From NCBI GenBank assembly GCA_963845535.1, contig CAWJSK010000019.1, positions 96,001 to 160,000 on the forward strand: a DNA stretch of 64,000 bases, in the 5' to 3' direction. The DNA is from an uncultured Spirochaetota bacterium. GTDB taxonomy: Bacteria; Spirochaetota; Spirochaetia; SZUA-6; Fen-1364. Below the pieces are notes generated by a model, which searched no databases, was not told the DNA's origin, and worked only from the letters and a program-made list of their open reading frames with translations. Position 1 is the first letter of the stretch. Each line of letters begins with the position of its first letter. The translations under genes were made by a program, and so were the position numbers. This document shows, piece after piece, positions 48,950 to 57,488 of this stretch.

Positions 48950-49135
48950 CTACTCGACAATGATCGCTTCGGCAGGGCAGTCCGTGGCCGCGTCCTTCAC
49001 TGAGTTCTGAAGATTGGCCGGAACCTCCGGGTTGATGACTTCGGCGGCGTCTTTCCCCATCTTGAAGACCTGGGGAACCGCATCCGTGCACAAGCCGCAG
49101 GCGGTGCACAGATCCGGGTCGATTCGTACCTTCAT
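48950..49135 (-). CDS. single-cluster [4Fe-4S] ferredoxin
   Basis: CTACGLC...CPAEAI; 61 aa; GGGAG RBS. Confidence 0.92.
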   Translation of the reverse strand: MKVRIDPDLCTACGLCTDAVPQVFKMGKDAAEVINPEVPANLQNSVKDAATDCPAEAIIVE

Positions 49136-49312
49136 GTGTCGCTCCCTTCGTTGTTGATTTTCCGCCGCGCCGTCCCCCCGAAGGGGAATGCCGTGATGCA
49201 TCGGGCGGGAACACAACAATAGCGGATTTTTACCGTCGACGCAAGCTGCGCGAGCATTCGCGCTGCATTCGTGCAGGTATTCGTTGCGCAGGTATTCGAG
49301 GACTGTTCGTCC

Positions 49313-49340
49313 TTGACACCTCTCGGGATTTCGCTATTCT
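49313..49340 (+). promoter_or_regulatory. sigma70 promoter
   Basis: TTGACA, 16 bp, TATTCT. Confidence 0.55.
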
Positions 49341-49375
49341 TTGCACAGAAAACAAGATAGAACCGGAGGCATTAC

Positions 49376-49633
49376 ATGATCGCTTTGAGCATTGGCATTC
49401 TCCTCATCCTCTTTGCAGTCTATTCGGTACTTCCGGTCTCCTGGGGCCTTCAGTGGTGGACCGAGGTGATCCAGTTCCTCAAGGGCGGCGTGCCCATCCT
49501 CGCGGTTTTTGTGGGTCTTATAGCGTTCTTCGTCGGGATTGCGGACATCAAGGACAAGAGGGAGGCCAGGAAGGAAGAGGAGGAGGAAAAAGCCGAAAAG
49601 AAGGAAGACAAGAAGGCCGAAGAGAAGAAGTGA
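49376..49633 (+). CDS. small protein with two TM helices and a charged tail
   Basis: GGAGG RBS; two hydrophobic helices; E/K-rich C-terminus. Confidence 0.8.
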   Translation: MIALSIGILLILFAVYSVLPVSWGLQWWTEVIQFLKGGVPILAVFVGLIAFFVGIADIKDKREARKEEEEEKAEKKEDKKAEEKK

Positions 49634-49638
49634 AGCCC

Positions 49639-49718
49639 TTGACATTCCTCGACCAATGTGGCAATTTTCCCTTCCTGCGGCCCCCAAGCCGCATTTTTCA
49701 CGGAAGGGTTGAGCACAG
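49639..49718 (+). promoter_or_regulatory. rplM promoter and structured leader
   Basis: TTGACA at 49639; nested stems CCCTTCC/GGAAGGG and TGCGGC/GCCGCA. Confidence 0.55.
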
Positions 49719-50150
49719 ATGAAAACGATATTCTTGAAGCCTGACGAGGTAGAGCGCAAATGGTACCTCATCGACGCTGAGGGCAAGGTGCTCGGGAGGC
49801 TGGCCTCCCGCGTGGTGGGAATCCTTCGGGGCAAGAACAAGCCCTCGTTTTCCCCGCACTGGGACCTCGGCGACTCGGTGATCATCATCAACGCCGGCAA
49901 GATCCGCGTCACGGGACGCAAGCCTGCGCAGAAGCTGTATTACCGGCACTCGGGCTATCCGGGTGGTTTCCGCGCCGAGCCTTATGAAAAGGTCATAGCG
50001 CGCAAGCCCGCATGGCCGCTCGAGAAGGCAATCCAGGGCATGCTCCCCAAGGGAGCGCTGGGAAGAAAGATATTCAAGCACCTGAAGGTCTACGCGGGGT
50101 CAGAACATCCCCACGTGTCGCAGAAGCCCATCAAGCTGGAGATCAGCTGA
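49719..50150 (+). CDS. rplM: 50S ribosomal protein L13
   Basis: RKWYLIDAEGKVLGRLAS; YYRHSGYPGG. Confidence 0.98.
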   Translation: MKTIFLKPDEVERKWYLIDAEGKVLGRLASRVVGILRGKNKPSFSPHWDLGDSVIIINAGKIRVTGRKPAQKLYYRHSGYPGGFRAEPYEKVIARKPAWPLEKAIQGMLPKGALGRKIFKHLKVYAGSEHPHVSQKPIKLEIS

Positions 50151-50202
50151 AACCGTTCGTGAATGGCCGCGGCGCAAACGGCGGCCCAGTGAGGAGAATG
50201 CC

Positions 50203-50595
50203 TTGGTAAAGAATCTCGCAGTTGCAACCGGTAAACGTAAGACTTCAATAGCGCGTGTGTTCCTTCGTGACGGTGCTGGAAAGATCACGGTGAATGACAA
50301 GACCATCGAAGAGTACTTCGCGGGACTTCCCACCGCGCAGAACGTCCTTGCCCCGCTGGATGTCACCAACAACACCGGCAAGTTCGACGTGCTGATCCGC
50401 GTGAGCGGCGGCGGCGTCTCCTCGCAGATCGAGGCGTGCCGGCACGGCATTGCGCGGGCCCTCAACACGTATGACGCGTCCAACCACGTGGCCCTGCGGG
50501 CAAACGGCTTCCTGACGCGTGACTCCCGCATGGTGGAGAGGAAGAAATACGGCCAGGCCGGTGCCAGAAGACGCTTCCAGTTCTCCAAGAGGTAG
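50203..50595 (+). CDS. rpsI: 30S ribosomal protein S9
   Basis: TGKRKTSIARV...ERKKYG...QFSKR; TTG start. Confidence 0.98.
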   Translation: MVKNLAVATGKRKTSIARVFLRDGAGKITVNDKTIEEYFAGLPTAQNVLAPLDVTNNTGKFDVLIRVSGGGVSSQIEACRHGIARALNTYDASNHVALRANGFLTRDSRMVERKKYGQAGARRRFQFSKR

Positions 50596-50632
50596 GGACC
50601 CAGCTTCTTCGTTTCCCGTAGTCTCGATAGAG

Positions 50633-51226
50633 TTGAAAGGGGCCGGCGGCGAGATGGTGCGCATCCATCGCGCTGACGGCTCCTTTTTTGTCATTCACGC
50701 GGAAGTCTTCGCCACCGAAGGCATACGGGCGGGTGACTCTCTGGATGAAGCGCGGGTCGAGGCGCTGAAAGAGCGTTCGGAAAGGATTGTTGCTCGGGGA
50801 TCCGCTCTCCGTTTCCTTTCACGCGCGGCGCAGACGCGCCGGGGGCTTTCACGAAAGCTCCTTGCGAAAGGTTTCAGCAAGGGCGCCGTGGCGTTTGCGG
50901 TCAATCGCATGATCGAGCTGGGCTACCTGGATGACCGGGCGTTTGCCGAGAGCTGGGCGCGGTTTCGCCTCTCCACGCGAAAGGAGGGGTGGAAATCCCT
51001 GTATCGAGGGCTCCTGCGCGGCGGCGTGCCTCGCGCCATTGCCGAGGAAGTCCTCGAGTCAGCCTGTCCGCACGAGGTGGAGATGGACCGCGCGCGGCTG
51101 CTTGTTCGCGGTCTTTCAGCGCGGACCGCCGTGAGCAAGCTCACCTCCCGGGGCTTTCGGTCGAGGGCGATTGCCCGAATACTGTCGGAAATGAAGCAGG
51201 AAGGCCGGCAAGGGATGGAGGAGTGA
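50633..51226 (+). CDS. recX: regulatory protein RecX
   Basis: ALRFLSR...LSRKLLAKGF...LGYLDDRAFAESW. The start is uncertain (50633 or 50654). Confidence 0.85.
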   Translation: MKGAGGEMVRIHRADGSFFVIHAEVFATEGIRAGDSLDEARVEALKERSERIVARGSALRFLSRAAQTRRGLSRKLLAKGFSKGAVAFAVNRMIELGYLDDRAFAESWARFRLSTRKEGWKSLYRGLLRGGVPRAIAEEVLESACPHEVEMDRARLLVRGLSARTAVSKLTSRGFRSRAIARILSEMKQEGRQGMEE

Positions 51227-51857
51227 AACCGAAGCTCTTCCGCACGACGAAACGAGGAAGATCGAAGATGCTGCCGGCGCTGTCGAGGATGACGGAGTCC
51301 GAGGAGGCCACCGTCCCGTTGAACGTCTTCAAGGGATAGTCAGCCGAATGTTCGAGAGCAACAACGGAGGGGACGGCAAGCGGTGCCAGCCGATTTCGGA
51401 CTTCATCCGCCATGAGGCCGGAGTAGGCGATGGGGGAGTCGAGGAATACCTCGACGCGTCCCGGCGAAAGCGAGCCGAGCGCCTCGATGATGGCGTCCAG
51501 CGCCCTGTCCGTCACGGCGGTCCGCCGGAAGCTGCCGTGCGTCGCGGAAGAGTCCCGCGTGACATCGTCATCGGAAAGAAAAAGCGGGAACCCCCGGAGG
51601 TAACTTTCGACGGTGATGAGCACGTTGTACCAGTCCATCCCCAGCGTCCGCCCGCGCAGGGCCTCGGGGGCAAGAAGCTTTTTTCTGCGAAGGGCGGCTG
51701 CTTCCCGCGGAACGACTCCCCGGAAAAGGGTATTGCGTTCGACGCGGGAGAGCCTATACTTATCAGCTACGAGCTTGAGAGAGGCTTTTTCCGGATAGCC
51801 TTTCTCACGGAGGAATCGGTAGTCATCAAGTGAAAGCAAAAAAATTTTCGTTGACAT
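51141..51857 (-). CDS. DUF434 domain protein (PIN-like)
   Basis: DYRFLREKGYPEKASLKLVADKYRL, DWYNVLITVES, LDSPIAYSG and ASSDSVILD motifs. Confidence 0.85.
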   Translation of the reverse strand: MSTKIFLLSLDDYRFLREKGYPEKASLKLVADKYRLSRVERNTLFRGVVPREAAALRRKKLLAPEALRGRTLGMDWYNVLITVESYLRGFPLFLSDDDVTRDSSATHGSFRRTAVTDRALDAIIEALGSLSPGRVEVFLDSPIAYSGLMADEVRNRLAPLAVPSVVALEHSADYPLKTFNGTVASSDSVILDSAGSIFDLPRFVVRKSFGFTPPSLAGLPASFPTVFGQSPSTESPGR

Positions 51858-51878
51858 TATGGATATAATTGGTATACT
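51851..51878 (+). promoter_or_regulatory. strong sigma70 promoter overlapping the DUF434 start codon
   Basis: TTGACA, 16 bp, TATACT, with TGn, in a very AT-rich patch. Confidence 0.6.
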
Positions 51879-51931
51879 AAATAATATAGAGAATTGACAA
51901 TTTGGCTTTGCATGGTGAAAGGATAGCAGAC

Positions 51932-52561
51932 GTGGGAAAAAAGGAAAAGAAGGTCCGCATTTTTTCGGCCCTGGAAGTTGCTGATATCTGTGGGGTCGTC
52001 AACCAGACTGCAATCAATTGGATCAAGAACGGCTTCTTGAAAGCCTTTATGACTCCCGGCGGTCAATATCGCGTGTATGCGGAGGACCTCCTCGCGTTCC
52101 TGTCCTCACGGGGGATGAGAGTTCCCGAGGAGCTGCAGGAAGGGGATGAGAGCTCGGCCGACTGGCGGCGAATCCTCATCGTGGATGATGATGAGAACAT
52201 CAACACCCTCCTCAAGAGGTTCCTCTCGCGCCGGCTGCCATCGTATACAATCATGCAGGCGTTCGACGGGTTCGAGGCCGGCAAGCAGATCTCAGAAATG
52301 AAGCCAGGCGTGATCCTTCTGGACATCAGCCTGCCCGGCATTGACGGGCACAAACTGTGCAGGCGCATCAAGGAGGACCCCGTCCTGGGCTCTCCCGTCA
52401 TCATTGCCATCACGGGGTTGACCGACTCGACACTGGAAAAGACGATACTCGGGGAAGGGGCGGATGCTTACTATGCGAAACCGCTGGACTTCGAGAAACT
52501 GTGCGCGCGCATAGAGGAGTTGACCGCTTCGCGGATCCCCGCAGGCGACACGCATGGCTGA
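51932..52561 (+). CDS. response regulator with excisionase-like HTH_17 and REC domains
   Basis: FSALEVADICGV...TPGGQYRV; ILIVDDD...LLDISLP. Confidence 0.88.
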   Translation: MGKKEKKVRIFSALEVADICGVVNQTAINWIKNGFLKAFMTPGGQYRVYAEDLLAFLSSRGMRVPEELQEGDESSADWRRILIVDDDENINTLLKRFLSRRLPSYTIMQAFDGFEAGKQISEMKPGVILLDISLPGIDGHKLCRRIKEDPVLGSPVIIAITGLTDSTLEKTILGEGADAYYAKPLDFEKLCARIEELTASRIPAGDTHG

Positions 52562-52943
52562 GAAGCCCTTGATCCTTGTGGTCGAGGATGAGGACTCCAT
52601 TCGCCTTACGCTTCGGGACTTCCTGAAAAAGAGGGGGCACGACGTGCTGGTGGCCTCGGACGGCGTCGGGGCCATCAAGCAGATCCTCGACCACGCGGTG
52701 GACCTCGTCGTCACCGACTACCGCATGGACATCCTGGGCGGAGATTATTGGATCAGGTTCCTGCGCACGTTCTGCCGGGACAAGAAGGTGATCATCACGA
52801 GCGGCTTCCTCCAGCCCGAGTTCCCCATCCCCTTCCCCGTCGTCTACAAGCCCTACGATTATTCCGACCTCGAAGCCCTCATCAGGAAAACGCTTTCGGA
52901 GCCACCCTCTTCCGCGGAGAGCGCGCGTGGCGGCTCCGGATGA
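52554..52943 (+). CDS. single-domain response regulator
   Basis: ILVVEDE, VTDYRM, TSG and KP motifs. Confidence 0.88.
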   Translation: MAEKPLILVVEDEDSIRLTLRDFLKKRGHDVLVASDGVGAIKQILDHAVDLVVTDYRMDILGGDYWIRFLRTFCRDKKVIITSGFLQPEFPIPFPVVYKPYDYSDLEALIRKTLSEPPSSAESARGGSG

Positions 52944-53217
52944 AAAGCGCGCCCTGCGCGCCCTCGTTCACGGCCGCGTGCAGGGAGTCGGCTTCCGCTG
53001 GTCCGCCGTTCGGGAAGCCCGTTCCCTCGGCCTGAGCGGGTTGGTGGCCAACCGGCCGGACGGCACCGTGGAAGTGATCGCAGAAGGGGACCCGGCCCGA
53101 CTTGCCAGGCTCGTCAACTGGCTGGAGAAGGGACCGCCGGGGGCCCGCGTCTCCAGCGTCGACGTGGAGTGGCTGCCCTGGTCGGGCGCCTACAACGGGT
53201 TCGGCGTGGACTTCTAG
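52927..53217 (+). CDS. acyP: acylphosphatase
   Basis: GRVQGVGFR; NRPDGTVEV. Confidence 0.93.
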   Translation: MAAPDEKRALRALVHGRVQGVGFRWSAVREARSLGLSGLVANRPDGTVEVIAEGDPARLARLVNWLEKGPPGARVSSVDVEWLPWSGAYNGFGVDF

Positions 53218-53293
53218 CCACCGTATCTGATACTCTCCGTTGACCAACCGACAAGCGCGGTCCATACCGCGCGCAAGAGCGAGGAGCAGATAC

Positions 53294-55126
53294 ATGTGCG
53301 GAATCTTCGGCTACGCGGGAGAAGGGGCCAACCCCGAGGCGCTGATCGAGGGGATCAAACGCCTGGAGTATCGCGGCTACGATTCCTGGGGCGTGTGCGT
53401 GGCGTGTGATGACCACCTCTCGCTGCTGCGGCGCGTGGGGAGGATCGGCGGCGTCGACGCCTCCGGGCTCGGCCTCGGCGGCGGCGGATCCTGCGTATCG
53501 GGGATCGCGCATACGCGCTGGGCCACTCACGGCGCTCCCACGGAAGCCAATGCGCATCCGCACGTGGATTGCGCGGGCAGGATCGCCGTGATCCACAACG
53601 GCATCATCGAGAATCACGCCTCACTTCGCGCCACGCTCCAGGGCCAGGGCCACGTCTTTGCCAGCGAAACAGACACCGAGGTGATACCGCACCTGATCGA
53701 GGAGTTTCTGAAATCCGAGCCCAGTTTCTCCGCTGCCTTCCTGGGGGCAATGAAGCTGCTGGTGGGAGCATACGGCATCGCCGCCGCGTACGCCGGGGAG
53801 CCGGAAACAATCTTCGTGGCGCGGCACGGGAGCCCCATCGTGCTGGGGCTCGGCAAGAACAAGACGCTCGTTGCAAGTGATCCGGCGCCGCTGGTGGCGC
53901 ATACGCGGGACGTCATCTACCTGGATGACGGAGAAATCGCGCTTCTGCACGGGGACGGGTTCGAGACCAAGACGCTGGAAGGAACCTCGGTCAGCAAGAG
54001 CGTCCAGCAGATTGCCTTCAGCCTTCCCGACATCGAGCGCGGCGGATTCCCGCACTTCATGCTCAAGGAGATAACCGAACAGCCTGAATCCATCCGCAAC
54101 GCGTTCCGGGGCAGGATCGTGCGCGCCGAAGGGACCGCCAAGCTGGGCGGCGTGGATGAGGCGCTCCTGCGCCGCGTGAAACGATGCCACATCGTGGCGT
54201 GCGGCACGTCGTGGCACGCCGGGCTCATTGGCAAGTATCTCCTGGAAACGCTTGCCCGGATTCCCACGCAGGTCTCCTTCGGTTCGGAGTTCCGCTACGC
54301 GCACCCGGTGCTGGAGCCGGATACTCTTGTCATTGCCATAAGCCAGTCCGGGGAGACGGTGGACACGCTTGCGGGGATACGGGAAGCAAAGCTCATCGGT
54401 GCGGAGACGATCGGAGTCTGCAACGTGGTCGGGTCGAGCATTGCCCGGGAATGCGGGCAGGGAATCTACATCCACGCCGGGCCGGAGATCGGTGTCGCTT
54501 CCACGAAAGCCTTCACGAGCCAGCTCGTGGTCCTGAGCCTCCTGGCGGTCCACCTGGGCCGTATGAGGGGCCTGTCCCTGCGCGCCGGCCTGCTTTTCCT
54601 GGACGCCCTGGAGAAGCTCCCTGACCAGGCCCAGGCGCTGATTGGACAGAAGGACCGCATCAAGGAGATTGCAGTTCGTTACTCGGGGAATGAGGACTTC
54701 CTTTATATTGGCAGGCTGTTCGAATATCCGACGGCGCTGGAGGGCGCCCTGAAGTTGAAGGAAATCTCATATATCCACGCGGAGGGGGTCCAGGCCGCGG
54801 AGATGAAGCACGGCCCCATAGCGTTGATCGATCCGTCGGTGCCCACCGTGGTGCTCGCGGCGCAGACGGAGATCCGTGACAAGATGCTGGGGAACATCCA
54901 CGAGGTGCGCGCCCGGGCGGGCCGTATCATCGTGGTGGCGCAGGAAGGGGACGGCGAGGTTGCCTCCCTGGCGGATGACGTCATTTTCATCCCGCGCACC
55001 CTTGATCCCCTGGTTCCCATCCTCGCGGTCATCCCGCTCCAGCTCTTTGCGTATTTCATTGCGGTGGCGCGCGGGTGCGACGTTGACAAGCCCCGGAACC
55101 TGGCCAAGAGCGTCACGGTGGAGTAG
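53294..55126 (+). CDS. glmS: glutamine--fructose-6-phosphate transaminase
   Basis: MCGI start, HTRWATHG, SQSGET and PRNLAKSVTVE motifs. Confidence 0.98.
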   Translation: MCGIFGYAGEGANPEALIEGIKRLEYRGYDSWGVCVACDDHLSLLRRVGRIGGVDASGLGLGGGGSCVSGIAHTRWATHGAPTEANAHPHVDCAGRIAVIHNGIIENHASLRATLQGQGHVFASETDTEVIPHLIEEFLKSEPSFSAAFLGAMKLLVGAYGIAAAYAGEPETIFVARHGSPIVLGLGKNKTLVASDPAPLVAHTRDVIYLDDGEIALLHGDGFETKTLEGTSVSKSVQQIAFSLPDIERGGFPHFMLKEITEQPESIRNAFRGRIVRAEGTAKLGGVDEALLRRVKRCHIVACGTSWHAGLIGKYLLETLARIPTQVSFGSEFRYAHPVLEPDTLVIAISQSGETVDTLAGIREAKLIGAETIGVCNVVGSSIARECGQGIYIHAGPEIGVASTKAFTSQLVVLSLLAVHLGRMRGLSLRAGLLFLDALEKLPDQAQALIGQKDRIKEIAVRYSGNEDFLYIGRLFEYPTALEGALKLKEISYIHAEGVQAAEMKHGPIALIDPSVPTVVLAAQTEIRDKMLGNIHEVRARAGRIIVVAQEGDGEVASLADDVIFIPRTLDPLVPILAVIPLQLFAYFIAVARGCDVDKPRNLAKSVTVE

Positions 55127-55135
55127 GGGGCGCCA

Positions 55136-56386
55136 ATGGACAACGCGGCAACCGCGGTGAGGATTGTTCTCTTCGAGGATCACCTCCTTTCGGACATGAA
55201 TCCCATTGCCTTGACCCGTCCGGCGTTCGCCGTGACCTGCGCGTGCTCAAGGCTGTACGACATTGCCGCGGAGGCAGGCGGGGCGCCTCCGGCGTGGGTG
55301 GTCCGCGGCTATCTCGGCAAGCTGGCGGCGCGCGCTTTTCCCGCCAGCCCCATGGGGGACGGGCCGAAGTTTTTCCTCAACGCCTCCATCGTCCCTGACG
55401 TGCGCTACGGCGCAAAGTTCCGGGAGCTGGCCTGCGCGGGACGTCCGTTCGTAGCCACCGCCGGCGCCCGCGTGTCCGCCGCCTTCCTCCCTGCGGGCAC
55501 GCCGGTCCCGCAACCCCTGAAGCCGGACGACGTCACGCCGTGGCTCCTCGAGCTGAAGCTTCCGCTCCATGAGGAGGAGCTTTTTCGAACATTCGATCAC
55601 CAGTTCGAGGTGGTCAAGCTGCTGGAGCCTCTGTTTGCGTCCAACCTCCAGCATCGCCTCCAGGCGGGAGGCTATCGGGAGATGAAGCCCGGGGTCTTTG
55701 CCGCGGACAACGTCCAGATCGCCGAAAGCGCGGTCTTTCACACCGCGTCGGGTCCCGTGGTGCTGGAGAAGGACGTGGAGATCAGGGACTTCGCATATTT
55801 CGAAGGACCCGTGCACGTCGGCGCGCGCTCGCGAATCATAGAGAGGGCGTCGCTGAAGGAGCATGTATGCGTCGGTGAGACCTGCAAGATCGGGGGCGAG
55901 GTGGAGGCGAGCATCGTCGAGAGCTACACGAACAAGCAGCACCACGGTTTTCTGGGCCACTCGTACGTCGGGTCGTGGGTCAACCTCGGGGCCGGCACGA
56001 GCAACAGCGACCTGAAGAACACCTACGGCGAAGTGCGCCTGGAGTATCCCCACCGGCGCGTCGACACGGGAATGCAGTTCCTGGGATGCATCATCGGCGA
56101 CTACGCCAAGAGCGCAATCAATACGAGCATCTTTACCGGCAAGATAGTCGGCGTTTCCAGCATGCTGTACGGATTCGTCGGCTCCAACGTGCCCAGCTTC
56201 TGCAACTACGCCCGCGCCTTCGGCCAGATCACGGAGTGCCCCGTTGACCAGGCTATCCTCATCCAGAAGAGGATGTTCGAGCGCCGGGGGATAGCCCAGA
56301 CCCCGGATGACGCGGAGCTGCTGCGCACCGTGTTCGAGCTGACGCGCGGGGAGCGGCTGATAACGGACGAGCCCCCGGCGCTGTAA
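55136..56386 (+). CDS. GlmU-like putative sugar nucleotidyl/acetyltransferase (alternative bacterial GlmU family)
   Basis: PIALTRP N-terminus; GGEVEAS, NKQHHGFLGHSYVGSWVNLGAGTSNSDLKNTY; adjacent to glmS. Confidence 0.85.
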   Translation: MDNAATAVRIVLFEDHLLSDMNPIALTRPAFAVTCACSRLYDIAAEAGGAPPAWVVRGYLGKLAARAFPASPMGDGPKFFLNASIVPDVRYGAKFRELACAGRPFVATAGARVSAAFLPAGTPVPQPLKPDDVTPWLLELKLPLHEEELFRTFDHQFEVVKLLEPLFASNLQHRLQAGGYREMKPGVFAADNVQIAESAVFHTASGPVVLEKDVEIRDFAYFEGPVHVGARSRIIERASLKEHVCVGETCKIGGEVEASIVESYTNKQHHGFLGHSYVGSWVNLGAGTSNSDLKNTYGEVRLEYPHRRVDTGMQFLGCIIGDYAKSAINTSIFTGKIVGVSSMLYGFVGSNVPSFCNYARAFGQITECPVDQAILIQKRMFERRGIAQTPDDAELLRTVFELTRGERLITDEPPAL

Positions 56387-56388
56387 CG

Positions 56389-56420
56389 GCCTGATCTGCC
56401 TGATCTGCCTGATCCGCCTG
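56389..56420 (+). repeat. 9-bp tandem repeat (GCCTGATCT, about 3.5 copies)
   Basis: Units at 56389, 56398 and 56407, partial at 56416. Confidence 0.9.
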
Positions 56421-56493
56421 CCACGCGGTAGACCGCCCGGAAGCAACGGGCGGTCTCTGCGCCGAAGGCTCCGACCCATGAGGCGCGGACATA

Positions 56494-56542
56494 GCGAAAA
56501 CGTCGAAACTGGCAAATAACTTTCCACTTTCGACGTTTTCGC
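56494..56542. repeat. inverted repeat with 15-bp perfect arms
   Basis: GCGAAAACGTCGAAA (56494-56508) and TTTCGACGTTTTCGC (56528-56542). Confidence 0.9.
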
Positions 56543-56778
56543 GATGGCCGGGTACGTCGGCTTCTTTTTCCCGTCCTTATTGTCCTGGCCGGCCCAAAAG
56601 AGCCCTGTACAGCTCGTCTGGGGAGGGGTACAATCATGACGCGCGCGGTGCCAGCCACGAGCGCGCTCCCGCGGGCCATGCACATCAGGGGTTCTACCGG
56701 ACAACCTCACGGGCACTACGCGCTTTCCACTGGTCATCGACGCGTGACGGGCGCTCGTGCGCGCCAGGGGGTGGTAAA

Positions 56779-57021
56779 ATGCGTGATGCGAACAAGGTGC
56801 AGGACGAAATCCTCAAAGTCATCAATGACGACCCGACAATCGAGGGAGCGACCCACATCTTCGTGAGCGTGGAGAAAAAGGGCGTATGGCCCCGCGCAAA
56901 AGAAGTGGTGGTTCTCAAGGGGAAAGTCCGCTCGGACAGCGACCGGACAAAGGCGGAGAAAGCCGCCGCCCTTCACGCCGCCGGGCGCGAGATCATCAAC
57001 AGTATTGACGTGCGCGCGTGA
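56779..57021 (+). CDS. small BON-domain protein
   Basis: VVLKGKVRSDSDRTKAEKAA...IINSIDV. Confidence 0.8.
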   Translation: MRDANKVQDEILKVINDDPTIEGATHIFVSVEKKGVWPRAKEVVVLKGKVRSDSDRTKAEKAAALHAAGREIINSIDVRA

Positions 57022-57041
57022 GGCTTGTGCTACGCCCCGGC

Positions 57042-57455
57042 CTACGCCCGCGGCGGGTTGGGCTTTCGCGGGTAGGCCTTGACGGCAGAGTACACGAACC
57101 GCGCCAGCGCAGGGTCGATTTTCGATGATTCCTTTTTGAAGAGCTTGGCCACAGCATCCCGGCCGAACTCGCCGTCCGCAATAATGACGGGGGTCATTTT
57201 TGCGTGTCCGGGAACCTCGCCCGAATCGATCCTGCTGTGCTGGAAGCCGTGCTCCCGGGTCCAGGAAAGCGCCCGCTCTTTGCCCGTCTTGTCGTAGCAG
57301 AGCTGAAAGCCCTTGAGCGCCGCCAAGGCCCCGGGCGCGGCGTCGGGCGGAGACGGATTATCGTACCAGACGATCAGGTCGAAATCATCGTCCGCGAACC
57401 ACCTGCGAAATCCTTCCGCGGGGATTTGACGGGCTCCTCGAATCTCAGCCAACAT
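57042..57455 (-). CDS. conserved hypothetical protein
   Basis: RRWFADDDFDLIVW, GFQLCYDK and ERALSW; protein-like 137-aa ORF. Confidence 0.75.
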   Translation of the reverse strand: MLAEIRGARQIPAEGFRRWFADDDFDLIVWYDNPSPPDAAPGALAALKGFQLCYDKTGKERALSWTREHGFQHSRIDSGEVPGHAKMTPVIIADGEFGRDAVAKLFKKESSKIDPALARFVYSAVKAYPRKPNPPRA

Positions 57456-57488
57456 TTCTGTCGCATCCTTCAGCAGTATATTATAGCA

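Noticed and set aside
53218..53293. glmS ribozyme
   Set aside because: Only 76 nt are available and the conserved AGCGCC...GACGAGG core is not present.
56430..56456. CCGGAAGCAAC resembles the SRP RNA loop
   Set aside because: It lacks the CAGG...GGAA...AGCAG internal-loop architecture and is a simple hairpin.
56688..56720. GTTCTACC...ACTACG resembles a purine riboswitch core
   Set aside because: The P2/P3 stems and the TATAAT, ATATGG and CCGTAAA loop sequences are absent.
56636..56866. 76-aa ORF with a GGAGG SD
   Set aside because: The composition is not protein-like and it overlaps the BON gene out of frame. It is not excluded as a leader peptide.
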